Positions 26,779-37,265 of a stretch of 64,000 bases of DNA are shown one piece after another. The stretch spans positions 800,001 through 864,000 of the forward strand of contig OZ219753.1 in NCBI GenBank assembly GCA_964291315.2, given 5' to 3'. The stretch is from Candidatus Poribacteria bacterium. GTDB lineage: Bacteria > Poribacteria > WGA-4E > WGA-3G. The position numbers and the translations under genes were made by a program. The notes beneath the pieces were generated by a model, which was given only the letters and a program-made list of their open reading frames with translations, made no database searches and was not told where the DNA came from. Every line of letters starts with the position of its first letter. The first letter of the stretch is position 1.

Positions 26779-28629
26779 ATGTTAAGAAATTTTAGACTGC
26801 ATAGATCACTTTTCGGTTTGCTGCTAATGTTCATTGTGATAGTGTTTCCGAGTTGCGTCTTTGCACAGCTGGCAGACTTCGGTTTTCCTGAAAAGCGCTC
26901 TGTGGAGAAACTTTCTGCGAGAGGTTACTTGTCGGTTGACAAAGTGCATCCAGGGAGTCAATTCCAAATTGCGGTTGTTGTGGAGATTAGTGAAGGGTGG
27001 CATGTCAACGCGAATCCGGCGGGTGAAGGGCTTATTGCTACTGAAGTAATTCTTCCGGATACTCCATATCTCACGTTTGAGGAGGCAGTGTATCCGGTAG
27101 GCGAAGTGTTAAAACTGGGTTCAATCGGAGAGGCTCCGGTCTACCATGATACCGTTACTATTGGCATTCAAGTCGATTCGAGTCGGGATGTACCCATTGA
27201 ACCGATAGTATTGGACGTGCAGTTGCGTTATCAAGCTTGCAACGACGATCAGTGTCTGCTTCCTGAGACGCTTGCTATTGCTATCCCGGTTGAAATTGTG
27301 GGTATGACGGGGACGGTTCGGCCGATCAACAAAGCGGTTTTCGCCGGCATTGAGTTTGGAGCTGCGTCTGCGTCAGGTAGCGGTGGTGGCACCCTTGCAC
27401 GTGCACTTTCTGGCGGGCAGGTATGGTTGGCGTTTCTGCTTGTGTTTGTTGGCGGCATTTTGACGAGTCTGACCCCGTGCGTCTATCCACTTATCCCGAT
27501 CACTGTCTCTATTTTTGGTGCGAACGAGTCTACGGGACTTTTCAAATCTTTCCTACTTTCCTTTGTATATGTGCTGGGCATCGTTATCACGTATTCGATT
27601 TTAGGAGTAGCGGTGGCGTCAACGGGTGCGGTTTTTGGTCAGATCATGGCGAATCCCTGGGTTGTGGGATTTATCAGTTTGATTCTGGTGTCCTTAGGTC
27701 TGTCCATGTTCGGTGTATTTGAAATTCGGTTGCCGTATGCGGTGCAGAACCGTCTGAACGCCGTTGGTGGTACGGGATTCGCTGGTGCGTTTGCTATGGG
27801 AACGGTTGCGGGCGTGATTGCTGCGCCGTGTACGGGTCCTGCGTTGGCGGTTGTGCTGACGTATATTGCAACGACGGGCAGCTTGTTTCTCGGTTTCTGG
27901 CTTATGTTCACGTATGCTTTCGGGATGGGTCTTCTGTTTATCGGGATTGGCACTTTCTCGGGTCTGCTGGCTGCGTTGCCGCGTTCTGGTGGCTGGATGT
28001 ATGTGTTAGAAAATGTTTTCGGTATTGCTATCATTACGATGGCGCTTTACTTCCTCAAAGATACTTTTCCGCCGTTGCAAGCGTTTCTTCAGAATTCGTT
28101 GCCGTTTTTCGTGGTTGCCGGGGGTTTACTGCTGGTTGGGGTGTGGCTCGGTAAGTTGACAGATCGCTTCAGGGGCATCCCGCGCCGTATGCAAGTCCAA
28201 AAAGCGTGTGGTCTCCTGTTGGCTATTTTCGGTGTCTATATGTTTGTTGGCGGTATTCAGGAGCCTGCGGGTCCTCATCTGGACTGGGTGTATGATGAAT
28301 CGGAGGGGTTTGAAATTGCGAAACGCGAGGGCAAGAGGGTAATGCTCGATTTCTACGCGTCGTGGTGTGCTGCTTGTAAGGAACTCGATCACAAGACTTT
28401 TGCTGATCCTGCTGTGGCGGAGAGGCTTGCTGACTATGTTAATGTTAAGCTTGACTTCACGCGTAGTTCTGAAGTTACTGAGGCTTTGACGGAGAAATAT
28501 CAAATTCCTGGGTTGCCGGTGGTTATTTTCATGGAGGCTGAAGGTAAGGTTCTGAAGCGATTGACAGGTTTTGTTGGGCCAGAGGAGATGTTGGGCATTC
28601 TTAACGAGATTGAGGGCGGGGCGTTATAG
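26779..28629 (+). CDS. dsbD: DsbD-family thiol:disulfide interchange protein (Ig-like + TM + thioredoxin)
   Basis: YQACNDDQCL, LTPCVYPLIP, AAPCTGP, LPRSGGWM and DFYASWCAACK. Confidence 0.88.
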   Translation: MLRNFRLHRSLFGLLLMFIVIVFPSCVFAQLADFGFPEKRSVEKLSARGYLSVDKVHPGSQFQIAVVVEISEGWHVNANPAGEGLIATEVILPDTPYLTFEEAVYPVGEVLKLGSIGEAPVYHDTVTIGIQVDSSRDVPIEPIVLDVQLRYQACNDDQCLLPETLAIAIPVEIVGMTGTVRPINKAVFAGIEFGAASASGSGGGTLARALSGGQVWLAFLLVFVGGILTSLTPCVYPLIPITVSIFGANESTGLFKSFLLSFVYVLGIVITYSILGVAVASTGAVFGQIMANPWVVGFISLILVSLGLSMFGVFEIRLPYAVQNRLNAVGGTGFAGAFAMGTVAGVIAAPCTGPALAVVLTYIATTGSLFLGFWLMFTYAFGMGLLFIGIGTFSGLLAALPRSGGWMYVLENVFGIAIITMALYFLKDTFPPLQAFLQNSLPFFVVAGGLLLVGVWLGKLTDRFRGIPRRMQVQKACGLLLAIFGVYMFVGGIQEPAGPHLDWVYDESEGFEIAKREGKRVMLDFYASWCAACKELDHKTFADPAVAERLADYVNVKLDFTRSSEVTEALTEKYQIPGLPVVIFMEAEGKVLKRLTGFVGPEEMLGILNEIEGGAL

Positions 28630-28645
28630 TATGCGGGGAGTTGAC

Positions 28646-29761
28646 ATGTCGTTTGATGTAAGATCTTTACTTTCCTTACGGAGTTGGCTGTTTTATGCGG
28701 AAGTGTTGGCGGTCCTTGGTTTTATTGTGCTTGCTGTTTTCTATATTCGGGGTGGGAGTGCGGAGTCTGAGGTGCCGGCTGTGGGTCAGATTTCCACTAT
28801 CATTGAGAGGGCGGATGCGCTTTTTGCGAAACAAGATCTTGCGGATGCTGCTCTGTTTTATTGGGAAGGTTTGCGAGCCTTAGAGGCGCTCGGGGATGCA
28901 GATAGTTTTTCGGTAGATGGTACGTCTTGGTCAACTGCGGAAGCGCGTCTGCATGCGAATCTGCGTATTGCGGAGATCTATTCACACAGTAATTGGTTGA
29001 AAGATGCGAAAGCGCGTTTGGAGCATGCTGCCCGCATTGATCCGGAACATAGCGGTGTTCGGCTTCTGCGCGGTAAATTGTTTCGAGATGAGGGCTTACT
29101 CAGTGAGGCGACAGAGGAATTTCTTAAAGTGCTGGATCATGATGCGTATCATGCGGAGGCACACTATCTGCTGGGTGTGCTCTATCAGGGTAGCCAGCAG
29201 CTGAAATCGGCTGCTGAATACTATAGGAGGGCTATCCAAAACGATCCGGAGTTGAGAGAGGTTTCCTCCGAAAAAGCGGCGATCGGTATTCTTGCTCGGC
29301 TTCAGCTATCTAGGACATATGCGAAGATGCTTCAGGCGTATCAGTTTCTCGATCGAGAATTTACCGATGCGGATCTGGTTGAGATTAGACGGCTTGAGTC
29401 GGAGTCAGTCCGTTTGCTGGAAGAGGCGCATGAGAAGCGTCCGGAGATGGACGAAGTGGTGAACGATCTGATTCGCTTGTTGTTCACTCGTGCAAGTGCG
29501 CTTGAACGGCTGGATATTGGGACGCGTCAGTACGCGGATGCGCTCCTGGTTTATGAACGGATTGTGGAGCTTGATCCAGAAGAGGTTCGGGCTCTGGAGC
29601 GGATGGGTGAGATTTATGCTAGTTTCCTTGGTGATAAGGCGGCAGCATTGGAGATGTACCGGAAGGTGTATGAGCTTGAGCCGCATCCGACTGTTTTAGC
29701 GAATGTCAAGTCGCTTGAGGAGGATGTTGCGGCTGAGCAGCGAGCTGCGGGAAATGAATAG
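28646..29761 (+). CDS. Membrane-anchored tetratricopeptide-repeat protein
   Basis: N-terminal TM helix and TPR-like units (AEAHYLLGVLY, YRRAIQNDP, YERIVELDP). Confidence 0.75.
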   Translation: MSFDVRSLLSLRSWLFYAEVLAVLGFIVLAVFYIRGGSAESEVPAVGQISTIIERADALFAKQDLADAALFYWEGLRALEALGDADSFSVDGTSWSTAEARLHANLRIAEIYSHSNWLKDAKARLEHAARIDPEHSGVRLLRGKLFRDEGLLSEATEEFLKVLDHDAYHAEAHYLLGVLYQGSQQLKSAAEYYRRAIQNDPELREVSSEKAAIGILARLQLSRTYAKMLQAYQFLDREFTDADLVEIRRLESESVRLLEEAHEKRPEMDEVVNDLIRLLFTRASALERLDIGTRQYADALLVYERIVELDPEEVRALERMGEIYASFLGDKAAALEMYRKVYELEPHPTVLANVKSLEEDVAAEQRAAGNE

Positions 29762-29823
29762 TGGCTTGATTGTGGTTCGTTTGGCTTTAGATAGCGTGTT
29801 GAGGGTCGGATTATTAAACAAGG

Positions 29824-29895
29824 AGCCGATGAGAGGATTTGAACCTCCGACCTACTGATTACGAATCAGTTGCTCTTCCACTGAGCTACACCGGC
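29824..29895 (-). tRNA. tRNA-Thr(CGT)
   Basis: Reverse complement GCCGGTGTAGCTCAGTGGAAGAGCAACTGATTCGTAATCAGTAGGTCGGAGGTTCAAATCCTCTCATCGGCT; anticodon loop TTCGTAA. Confidence 0.93.
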
Positions 29896-29929
29896 TTAGC
29901 AAGGTATTAGAGTTGGAGAGAAAGAAAAA

Positions 29930-30002
<73 letters not shown>

Positions 30003-30068
30003 ATTAGGTTATATAATAATAGCACAAAAGAGTGCTGTTGTCAAGTTTTTTTCGAAAAACGTTTCGAT

Positions 30069-31925
30069 TTATTTTGGTGCGGGCTGTGTCAGGTCCCAGA
30101 GCAGCACTGTTCCATCCATACTGCCGCTTGCGAGCGTTTGTCCGTCGGGGCTAAACGCCACACTCTCGATCCACCCCGTATGTCCGGTGAATGTGCGGAG
30201 ATGTCTTCCTGTTGAAAAATCCCACAGCCGCACGGTGTTATCCCAACTGCCGCTTGCGAGTGTTTGTCCATCTGGGCTAAACGCCACGCTACCGACCGAC
30301 CCCGTATGTCCGGTGAGTGTGCGGAGATGTCTTCCTGTTGAAAAATCCCACAGTCGCCCGGTGTTATCAGAGCTACCACTTGCGAGTGTTTGCCCATCTG
30401 GGCTAAACGCTACGCTCTCGACTGAATCCGTATGTCCGGTGAGTGTGCGGAGATGCTCACCTGTCGTAGTGTTCCACAGCTGCAAGTTACCAAGACCGGC
30501 ACTCGCGAGTGTCTGCCCATTAGCACTGAAGGCTACGCTCTCGACCGACCTCGTATGTCCGGTGAGTGTACGGAGGTGCCTTCCCGTTGAGACCTCCCAC
30601 AGCCGCACGGTGTTATCCCAACTGCCACTTGCGAGTGTTTGCCCATCTGGGCTAAACGCTACGCTACTGACCCAATGCGTATGTTCTGCGATAGTGCGGA
30701 GGTGCCTTCCCGTTGAGACCTCCCACAGCCGCACGGTGTTATCCCAACTGCCGCTTGCGAGTGTTTGTCCATCTGGGCTAAACGCTACGCTACCGACAAA
30801 ATCCACATGTCCAATGAATGTGCGGAGTTGCTGCCCAGTTGTAGCGTTCCAGAGCCGGAGAGTAGTATCCGTACTGGCAGTTGTGAGTGTTTGCCCATCT
30901 GGGCTAAACACTACACTATTGACAACGCTCATATGTTCTGCGAGCGTGCGGAGGTACCGCCCTGTTGCGACCTCCCACAGGCGCACGGTGTCATATACAC
31001 TGGCAGTTGTGAGTGTTTGCCCATCTGGACTAAACGCTACGCCTACGACTGCCTCCATATCTCCAGCGAGCGTGCGGAGAGGCTGTCCTGTTGAAACGTC
31101 CCATAGGCGCACGGTTTTATCAAGACTACCAGTTGTGAGTGTTTGTCCATCTGGACTAAACGCTATGCTACTGACAAAATCCGTATGTCCTATGAGTGTT
31201 TGGATATTTTCACCTGTTGTGGCATTCCACAGGCGCACGGTGTTATCAGAGCCGCCACTTGCGAGCGTCTGTCCATCTGGACTAAACGCTACGCCTACGA
31301 CTCCTTCCATATCTCCATCCAGTGTTTGGATATTTCTCCCTGTTGAGACCTCCCACAGGCGCACAGTGTCATCATCACTGGCAGTTGTGAGTGTTTGTCC
31401 GCCCGGGCTAAATGCCACGCTATTGACAGACCCTGTATGTCCGGTGAGTGTGCGGAGATGCTCACCTGTTTTACTGTTCCAGAGCCGGAGAGTAGTATCC
31501 TTACTGGCAGTTGCGAGCGTTTGTCCATCTGGACTGAAGATTACGGTATAGACCGAACTCGTATGTCCGGTGATCGTGTGAAGGTGCTCACCTGTTGTAC
31601 TGTTCCATAGACGGACAGTCTTATCAGAGCCGCCACTCGCCAGTGTCTGCCCATTGGGACTGAAGGCTACGGTATAGACAGCACCCTTGTGTCCTGTGAT
31701 CAGGTCAAGTTCTTCGCCTGTATTTATGTCATAGAGCCAGATACCGATAGTGCTCACAACCGCTAAGCGGCTGCCGTCCGGAGAATAGGCAACTTCTCCT
31801 ATCGAGCCTTTGCCGAGGCGTCTCTTCGCACCTTCGGGCAGACCCTGTTGCGTCAAATCATCTTGTGCTGCACATGCAAAGATCACAGCTCCTATCGCAA
31901 TGAATGAAAAAAATCTGTTTCTCAT
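30069..31925 (-). CDS. Secreted WD40-repeat protein (about 13-14 blades), paralog 1
   Basis: Signal peptide/lipobox-like MRNRFF...IFAC, LPEGAKRRLGKG and 42-aa GH...VAFSPDGQTLASGS.D.TVRLW repeats. AAAGGAG RBS before 31925. Confidence 0.92.
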   Translation of the reverse strand: MRNRFFSFIAIGAVIFACAAQDDLTQQGLPEGAKRRLGKGSIGEVAYSPDGSRLAVVSTIGIWLYDINTGEELDLITGHKGAVYTVAFSPNGQTLASGGSDKTVRLWNSTTGEHLHTITGHTSSVYTVIFSPDGQTLATASKDTTLRLWNSKTGEHLRTLTGHTGSVNSVAFSPGGQTLTTASDDDTVRLWEVSTGRNIQTLDGDMEGVVGVAFSPDGQTLASGGSDNTVRLWNATTGENIQTLIGHTDFVSSIAFSPDGQTLTTGSLDKTVRLWDVSTGQPLRTLAGDMEAVVGVAFSPDGQTLTTASVYDTVRLWEVATGRYLRTLAEHMSVVNSVVFSPDGQTLTTASTDTTLRLWNATTGQQLRTFIGHVDFVGSVAFSPDGQTLASGSWDNTVRLWEVSTGRHLRTIAEHTHWVSSVAFSPDGQTLASGSWDNTVRLWEVSTGRHLRTLTGHTRSVESVAFSANGQTLASAGLGNLQLWNTTTGEHLRTLTGHTDSVESVAFSPDGQTLASGSSDNTGRLWDFSTGRHLRTLTGHTGSVGSVAFSPDGQTLASGSWDNTVRLWDFSTGRHLRTFTGHTGWIESVAFSPDGQTLASGSMDGTVLLWDLTQPAPK

Positions 31926-32055
31926 AAAAAAGTCTCCTTTTGCCACAAACGCGGGGGATGGATCCGCTTTTAGTTTGTGGGTTTGCTGCTTTTTCTTAGG
32001 CATCCGTTTTTTCAGCAGCGCCCTATCCGCGGTGGCCATCTCCAAACGTTGTGTT

Positions 32056-33924
32056 TTATTTCCATGCGGGCTGTGTCAGGTCCCATAGCAGCACTGTTCC
32101 ATCCATACTGCCGCTTGCAAGTGTCTGCCCATCCGGGCTCAATGCTATGTAGACTGAACTTGTATGTCCTGCGAATCTGCGGAGATGCAGTCCAGATGTA
32201 GCATTCCAGCAGACTGTTCCATCCCAACTGCTACTTACGACGGACTCCGCATCACGAAAGACTACGTTATGGACGGGTCCTGTATGTCCGGTGAGTGTGC
32301 GGAGGTGTTTTCCTGTGCTAACCTCCCATAGGCGCACGGTTTTATCGCCACTGCCGGTTGCGAGTGTCTGCCCATCGGGGCTGAATGCGACGCTTTCGAC
32401 CGGTTCTTTATGTCCAATGATAGTGCGGAGGTGCTGTCCGGTTGTAGCATTCCATAGGCGCACGGTGTTATCGCCACTGCCGGTTGCGAGGGTCTGTGCA
32501 TTGGGACTGAATGCGATGGTATTGACTGCCTCGGTATGTCCGGTGATAGTGCGGAGGGTTTGTGCAGTTGTGGCGTTCCACAGGCGCAAGGTTTTATCCT
32601 CACTGCCGGTTGCGAGTGTTTGTTCATTGGGACTGAATGCGACGGTATTGACGGGTCCTGTATGACCTGTGATAGTGCGGAGGTGTTGCCCTGTTGTGGC
32701 GTTCCAGAGCCGGAGTGTAGTATCGTCGCTGGCAGTTGCGAGTGTTTGTCCGTTGGGACTGAATGCGACGGTATTGACGGGTCCTGTATGACCTGTGATA
32801 GTGTGGAGCTGCTGCCTCGTTGACACATCCCACAAACGCACTGCGTTACCTGTATTCTCCAGAACACCACTGCTAGTTGCGAGTGTTTGCCCATCCGGGC
32901 TGAAGGCTACGTTAATGATCAGCCCCGTATGTTCAGCGATTGTGCGGATGGTTTTTCCGGTTGACACATCCCACAGACGAACGGTACTATCAGCCCCGCC
33001 GCCTGCGAGCGTTTGTCCGTCGGGACTGAAGGCTGCGTTCCACCCCATACACCCTATGATAGTGCGGCGGGGTTGTCCTGTTGAAACGTCCCATAGGCGT
33101 ACGGTTTTATCAAAACTACCCGTTGCGAGGGTTTGTGCATCGGGGCTGAAGACTACGTTACCGATCAGCCCTGTATGTCCGGTGAGGGTGTGGATATTTT
33201 CACCTGTTGTGGCATTCCATAGGCGCACGGTTTTATCAGAGCTCCCACTCGCCAGTGTTTGTCCATCGGGGCTGAACGCCACGCTCCAGATCTCCTCCGT
33301 ATGTCCGGTGAGGGTGTGGATATTTTCGCCAGTTGTGGCATTCCACAGGCGCACGGTTTTATCAGAGCTCCCACTCGCCAGTGTTTGTCCATCGGGGCTG
33401 AACGCCACGCTGTTGGTCCCGTTTTCATGTCCGACGAGGGTGCGGAGGGGTTGTCCGGTTGTAGCGTTCCACAATTGCACGGTCTTATCATGACTGGTAG
33501 TTGCGAGTGTTTGTGCATCTGGACTGAACGCTACACTATTGACTGACCCCCAATGTTCTGTGATTGGGCGGAGCTGCCTTCTTGTGTGAAGGTCCCACAG
33601 ACGTACGTGGTTATCCGCGTCCGCAGTTGCGAGTGTTTGCCCGTCGGGGCTGAACGAGACGCGCCAGACTTCGTCCATATCTCCTATGAGTAGGTCGAGT
33701 TCTTCGCCTGTTTGTGCGTCATAGAGCCAGATACCGATACCACTTGCGACGGCTAAGCGGTTGCCGTCGGGAGAATAGGCGATTTCTCCTATCAGGCCTT
33801 TGCCGAGGCGTGCCTTCGCTCCTTGGGGTAGGGCGCGTTGGGTTAGGTCTTCTCCATATGTATGTGCGGTGCAGGCAAATATCACGACTGCTATGGCAAT
33901 GAATGAAAAAAGTGGGTTTCTCAT
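32056..33924 (-). CDS. Secreted WD40-repeat protein, paralog 2
   Basis: Same architecture, N-terminus and C-terminus (SGSMDGTVLLWDLTQPA) as 30069-31925. Confidence 0.92.
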   Translation of the reverse strand: MRNPLFSFIAIAVVIFACTAHTYGEDLTQRALPQGAKARLGKGLIGEIAYSPDGNRLAVASGIGIWLYDAQTGEELDLLIGDMDEVWRVSFSPDGQTLATADADNHVRLWDLHTRRQLRPITEHWGSVNSVAFSPDAQTLATTSHDKTVQLWNATTGQPLRTLVGHENGTNSVAFSPDGQTLASGSSDKTVRLWNATTGENIHTLTGHTEEIWSVAFSPDGQTLASGSSDKTVRLWNATTGENIHTLTGHTGLIGNVVFSPDAQTLATGSFDKTVRLWDVSTGQPRRTIIGCMGWNAAFSPDGQTLAGGGADSTVRLWDVSTGKTIRTIAEHTGLIINVAFSPDGQTLATSSGVLENTGNAVRLWDVSTRQQLHTITGHTGPVNTVAFSPNGQTLATASDDTTLRLWNATTGQHLRTITGHTGPVNTVAFSPNEQTLATGSEDKTLRLWNATTAQTLRTITGHTEAVNTIAFSPNAQTLATGSGDNTVRLWNATTGQHLRTIIGHKEPVESVAFSPDGQTLATGSGDKTVRLWEVSTGKHLRTLTGHTGPVHNVVFRDAESVVSSSWDGTVCWNATSGLHLRRFAGHTSSVYIALSPDGQTLASGSMDGTVLLWDLTQPAWK

Positions 33925-34001
33925 AAGAAATGTCTCCTGGAGGTGTCTTTTTTTATCTGTTCTATTCTGCTAAGTAAGCTTAGCAGCGCAAGAGATTTGG
34001 T

Positions 34002-35039
34002 TTATTCGTTCCAGATGCCGATTTCGCGATAGAAGCGGATGGCGCCGGGGTGGAAGGCGGTGCCGGTGTTTTTGACGGCATTTTTCGGGTTGATGGCTTT
34101 TCCGGCGCCGTGTCGTTTGACGACTTCGGCTCGGTGCGTGTACAAAGTTTTTGTGAAGGTGTAGACCATATTTTCATCTGCGTTTTGGGCGGTAATGAGA
34201 TGCATGGCTCCTACGTTCATACTGTCCAAGGGTTGTGTTTGTCCTTTGTAAGTGTTTGCGGGTATGGTTATGGGGTTAAAGAAGGGGTATTCTGCGGAAA
34301 GTTGCTGTTTTGCGTTGTCGTCAAACGGTATGAAAAAGATGTTTTGAGATGTGCTGGCTTGTGTGGCTGCGGGTGTGGGTATGGCGCCGCCGATGAATGC
34401 GGCTGCGGCTGATCCGTCTGCTAATAGGTCTACTGCGCCGATGTAGGTGCTGTTAATAGGTGTGAAATCGTCGTAGGTGATACCGTGTGCTGCCAAGATG
34501 GGTTTGAGAAAATATTGGAAGCCTGCGCCTGCGGGTCCGACGACAATTCGTTTTCCTGTGAAGTCCTTAATTTTACGTATATCTGAGTTTTGTGGTGTAA
34601 GAAAGAGTCCGACATTTGGTGCTAGCGTCATGACGGTGCGGATGGGGTGTTGGGTTTCCCATGCGCCTTCGCCTCGTGCTGCGAAGTATGAGATTGCTGC
34701 GTTTGCAAGTGCGAATTCTAATTCGTTTTTGACGATGCGTCGGATGTTTTCCTGTGTGCCTTTTGTGGCTTCGGCTGTGATTTCCCAGGTGGTATTGGGT
34801 GTATTTCCGGCGACGACTTCTGCGATTGCGGAGCCGACGACAAAGAATGCGCCGCCTGCGGGTGCTGTTCCGACACTAATATAGCGGCGTTTTGAGGTGT
34901 CGTCGTTGACTAACTTGGGCGTTGTACCGTTCTTCTGAGCTTGCCGGGTGTCTTGTTTTGGGGTGTTATTGCATGCGAAGGCGAAGAGCAGAGAGAGAAT
35001 TGATAGATAGTATAGGCCTGATTTCATGGGGTTCTCCAA
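34002..35039 (-). CDS. TAXI family TRAP transporter solute-binding lipoprotein
   Basis: FAFAC lipobox, GTAPAGGAFF, TKGTQEN and FHPGAIRFYRE. Confidence 0.88.
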   Translation of the reverse strand: MENPMKSGLYYLSILSLLFAFACNNTPKQDTRQAQKNGTTPKLVNDDTSKRRYISVGTAPAGGAFFVVGSAIAEVVAGNTPNTTWEITAEATKGTQENIRRIVKNELEFALANAAISYFAARGEGAWETQHPIRTVMTLAPNVGLFLTPQNSDIRKIKDFTGKRIVVGPAGAGFQYFLKPILAAHGITYDDFTPINSTYIGAVDLLADGSAAAAFIGGAIPTPAATQASTSQNIFFIPFDDNAKQQLSAEYPFFNPITIPANTYKGQTQPLDSMNVGAMHLITAQNADENMVYTFTKTLYTHRAEVVKRHGAGKAINPKNAVKNTGTAFHPGAIRFYREIGIWNE

Positions 35040-35064
35040 TCTATGATATAGCGCGTGTTCTGTA

Positions 35065-36327
35065 TTACTTGAGGGGCATCTCAGGTGGGAGTGGGCACAT
35101 TTTGGCCATCGCTGGGAAAATGTGGGTTACGTCTTTTCTAAATACGTCGCCACTCAGAATGTCGATGATGCCTGCTTGATGTTCTGGGTATTGGGTCAGA
35201 AATCGCGCGAAGCTAAATTCTTTAGTGTAAAAAGCGTAGACGAGTTTTCGGAATGTTTCCATGCCGTCTACGAATGTTTGTCCGAAGCTGCCGAGTTTTT
35301 CTTCGGAGAAGTTATTTTTTTTGAATGCTTCGAGGATTGCGTCTGCTGCCATTTCGCCGGATTTGAGTGCCAAAAAGAGTCCTGTTGAGTAGACGGGGTC
35401 TAGGAATCCGAATGCGTCGCCTACCAAGACCCATCGGTTTCCTGCGATTCGTTTGGCGCGATATGAGAAATCTTTGGTAGTTTGGATGGGGAAGAGCTGC
35501 GTTGCTCCTTTAAGTCGTTTCTGTAGGGGTGTGCATTTTGTGAGTTCTTCGGTGAAAATTTGCTGCGCATCAAGTTTACGGTCGACATTTCGTCGGTTTT
35601 GCAGGAGGTATCGGAGTTCGCCGACGACTCCGATGCTTGTGCGGTTATAGGGTAGCGGGATGGACCAGAACCAGGAGTCTTTTTCTTTTGTGTGTAGTAT
35701 GAGGGTTGCGCCTGCGTCGATGCCGTTGTCTCTATATGCGCCTTCGTAGTGTGTAAAGAGGGATGCCATTTTGAGATTTGGTTCTGTGGTATTGATCTTG
35801 AGTTGTCGTGCGATAAGGGATCGTTGTCCTGTAGAATCGGCGATGATCGTTGCGTTGAGGGTTTCGTGTTTGCGGTTTACCCCTTGGATCACAACACCGG
35901 TGGCTGCATTTCCGTCAAAAATCACCTCTTGCACCCTGATTCCACGTTGCACTTGTACGCCTTTTTCTTTTGCGTTGTCTAGGAGCATTTCGTCAAATTC
36001 GCTTCGTAGGACCTGCCATGTGACAGCGCTCTCATGTGGGTTGGTTTGGAAGAAGTAGAAGGGTTTTGCGGCTTTGCCGGTGCGTGAATAGAATTGGACG
36101 CTGTGTTTCTGTGGGAAGTGGCTGTTTCGCAATTTTTCGAGCATACCGAGTCTCTTGAATGTCCAGTAGGTTGCGGGTATGAGCGATTCACCGATTTTGA
36201 ATTTGGGTTCGGTTTCTCGTTCTAGGAGTAGGACGCGATGTCCGTGTTCGGCGACGAGGGTTGCGACGGTGCTTCCGGCGGGTCCGCCGCCGATAACGAT
36301 GAGGTCGTAATTTGAATGTGTGTTCAT
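35065..36327 (-). CDS. Flavin-dependent halogenase-family FAD oxidoreductase
   Basis: GGGPAG, KIGESL, FPQK, RSEFD, WFWSIP (WxWxIP) and GDAFGFLDPVYSTG. Confidence 0.75.
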   Translation of the reverse strand: MNTHSNYDLIVIGGGPAGSTVATLVAEHGHRVLLLERETEPKFKIGESLIPATYWTFKRLGMLEKLRNSHFPQKHSVQFYSRTGKAAKPFYFFQTNPHESAVTWQVLRSEFDEMLLDNAKEKGVQVQRGIRVQEVIFDGNAATGVVIQGVNRKHETLNATIIADSTGQRSLIARQLKINTTEPNLKMASLFTHYEGAYRDNGIDAGATLILHTKEKDSWFWSIPLPYNRTSIGVVGELRYLLQNRRNVDRKLDAQQIFTEELTKCTPLQKRLKGATQLFPIQTTKDFSYRAKRIAGNRWVLVGDAFGFLDPVYSTGLFLALKSGEMAADAILEAFKKNNFSEEKLGSFGQTFVDGMETFRKLVYAFYTKEFSFARFLTQYPEHQAGIIDILSGDVFRKDVTHIFPAMAKMCPLPPEMPLK

Positions 36328-36557
36328 AGTTTGTTTTTAGGGAGTCTCTTTTCGTGTGTTTTCGGGATTCTTGAACTTCTAATAGAAGGTTTATGCTTAT
36401 TATACACCTTCACAAAAGGGTATGTCAAGGGAAACAGAGCTTGGATAAAGGAGGTTCTTGCATAGTCTAATAGGTTGTATGAGAGGCGTTGAAGTGGCCC
36501 AGGCTGCTAGTGTTTCTGCTCCAGGTAAATCTATTCTGGAGAAGTTGGGTTCTTCTT

Positions 36558-37265
36558 TTAACTGGCGGCAGCAATAGCGTCGCGCAGGGCCAGATCTCCG
36601 GTATATAAGGCGCGTCCTATAATTGCGCCGGTGGCTCCGATTTGTTTCAGGGCGGCTATGTCGGTGAGGGATGTGACGCCGCCTGAGGCGATTACGTTTG
36701 CAGAGGCTGCGTTGACGATATCGGCGGTTGCGTTGAGATTTGGTCCGTTGAGCATACCGTCGCTTTTGATGTCGGTGTAGATGATGGTGTGGACTTCTGC
36801 CATTTCTTGTGCGAATTCGGTGGCGGGTTTTTGTGAGATCTCTAGCCATCCTTGTGTTGCGACCATGCCGTCTTTTGCGTCAATGCCGAGGGCGATGCGT
36901 TCTCCGTATTTAGTGCATGCGTGTTTCACGAAGTCGGGTTGCTTGAGAGCGATAGTGCCTAATATGGCGCGGTCGACGTGCAAAGATAGCACAGTGTCTA
37001 AGTGTTCGAGGCTGCGGATGCCGCCGCCGAGTTGGACGGGTATTTCGAGGGCGTCGATAATGTCGCTGACGATGTGGAGGTTCGCGGATTCGTTTTGAAA
37101 TGCTCCGTCTAGGTCTACGAGATGGAGGTATTGGGCGCCTTCTGCCTGCCATTTTAAGGCGATTTCTACGGGTGCGTCTGAAAAGATTGTTTCTTGTGTT
37201 GCGATGCCTTGAATTAGGTTGACACACTTGCCGTCGCGGAGGTCGATTGCGGGTAGTATTTGCAA
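36558..37265 (-). CDS. hisA: ProFAR isomerase HisA
   Basis: ILPAIDLRDGKCV, LHLVDLDGA, QLGGGIR, YTDIKSDGML, IASGGV and GRALY. Confidence 0.96.
   Translation of the reverse strand: MQILPAIDLRDGKCVNLIQGIATQETIFSDAPVEIALKWQAEGAQYLHLVDLDGAFQNESANLHIVSDIIDALEIPVQLGGGIRSLEHLDTVLSLHVDRAILGTIALKQPDFVKHACTKYGERIALGIDAKDGMVATQGWLEISQKPATEFAQEMAEVHTIIYTDIKSDGMLNGPNLNATADIVNAASANVIASGGVTSLTDIAALKQIGATGAIIGRALYTGDLALRDAIAAAS

Noticed and set aside
30187-31551. 454-aa repetitive + strand ORF (also 32291-33493)
   Set aside because: Antisense shadow of the WD40 repeats, with no independent signal.
30069-33924. Diversity-generating retroelement acting on WD40 or Rpn repeats
   Set aside because: No reverse transcriptase in the window, and the differences between repeats are not adenine-specific.
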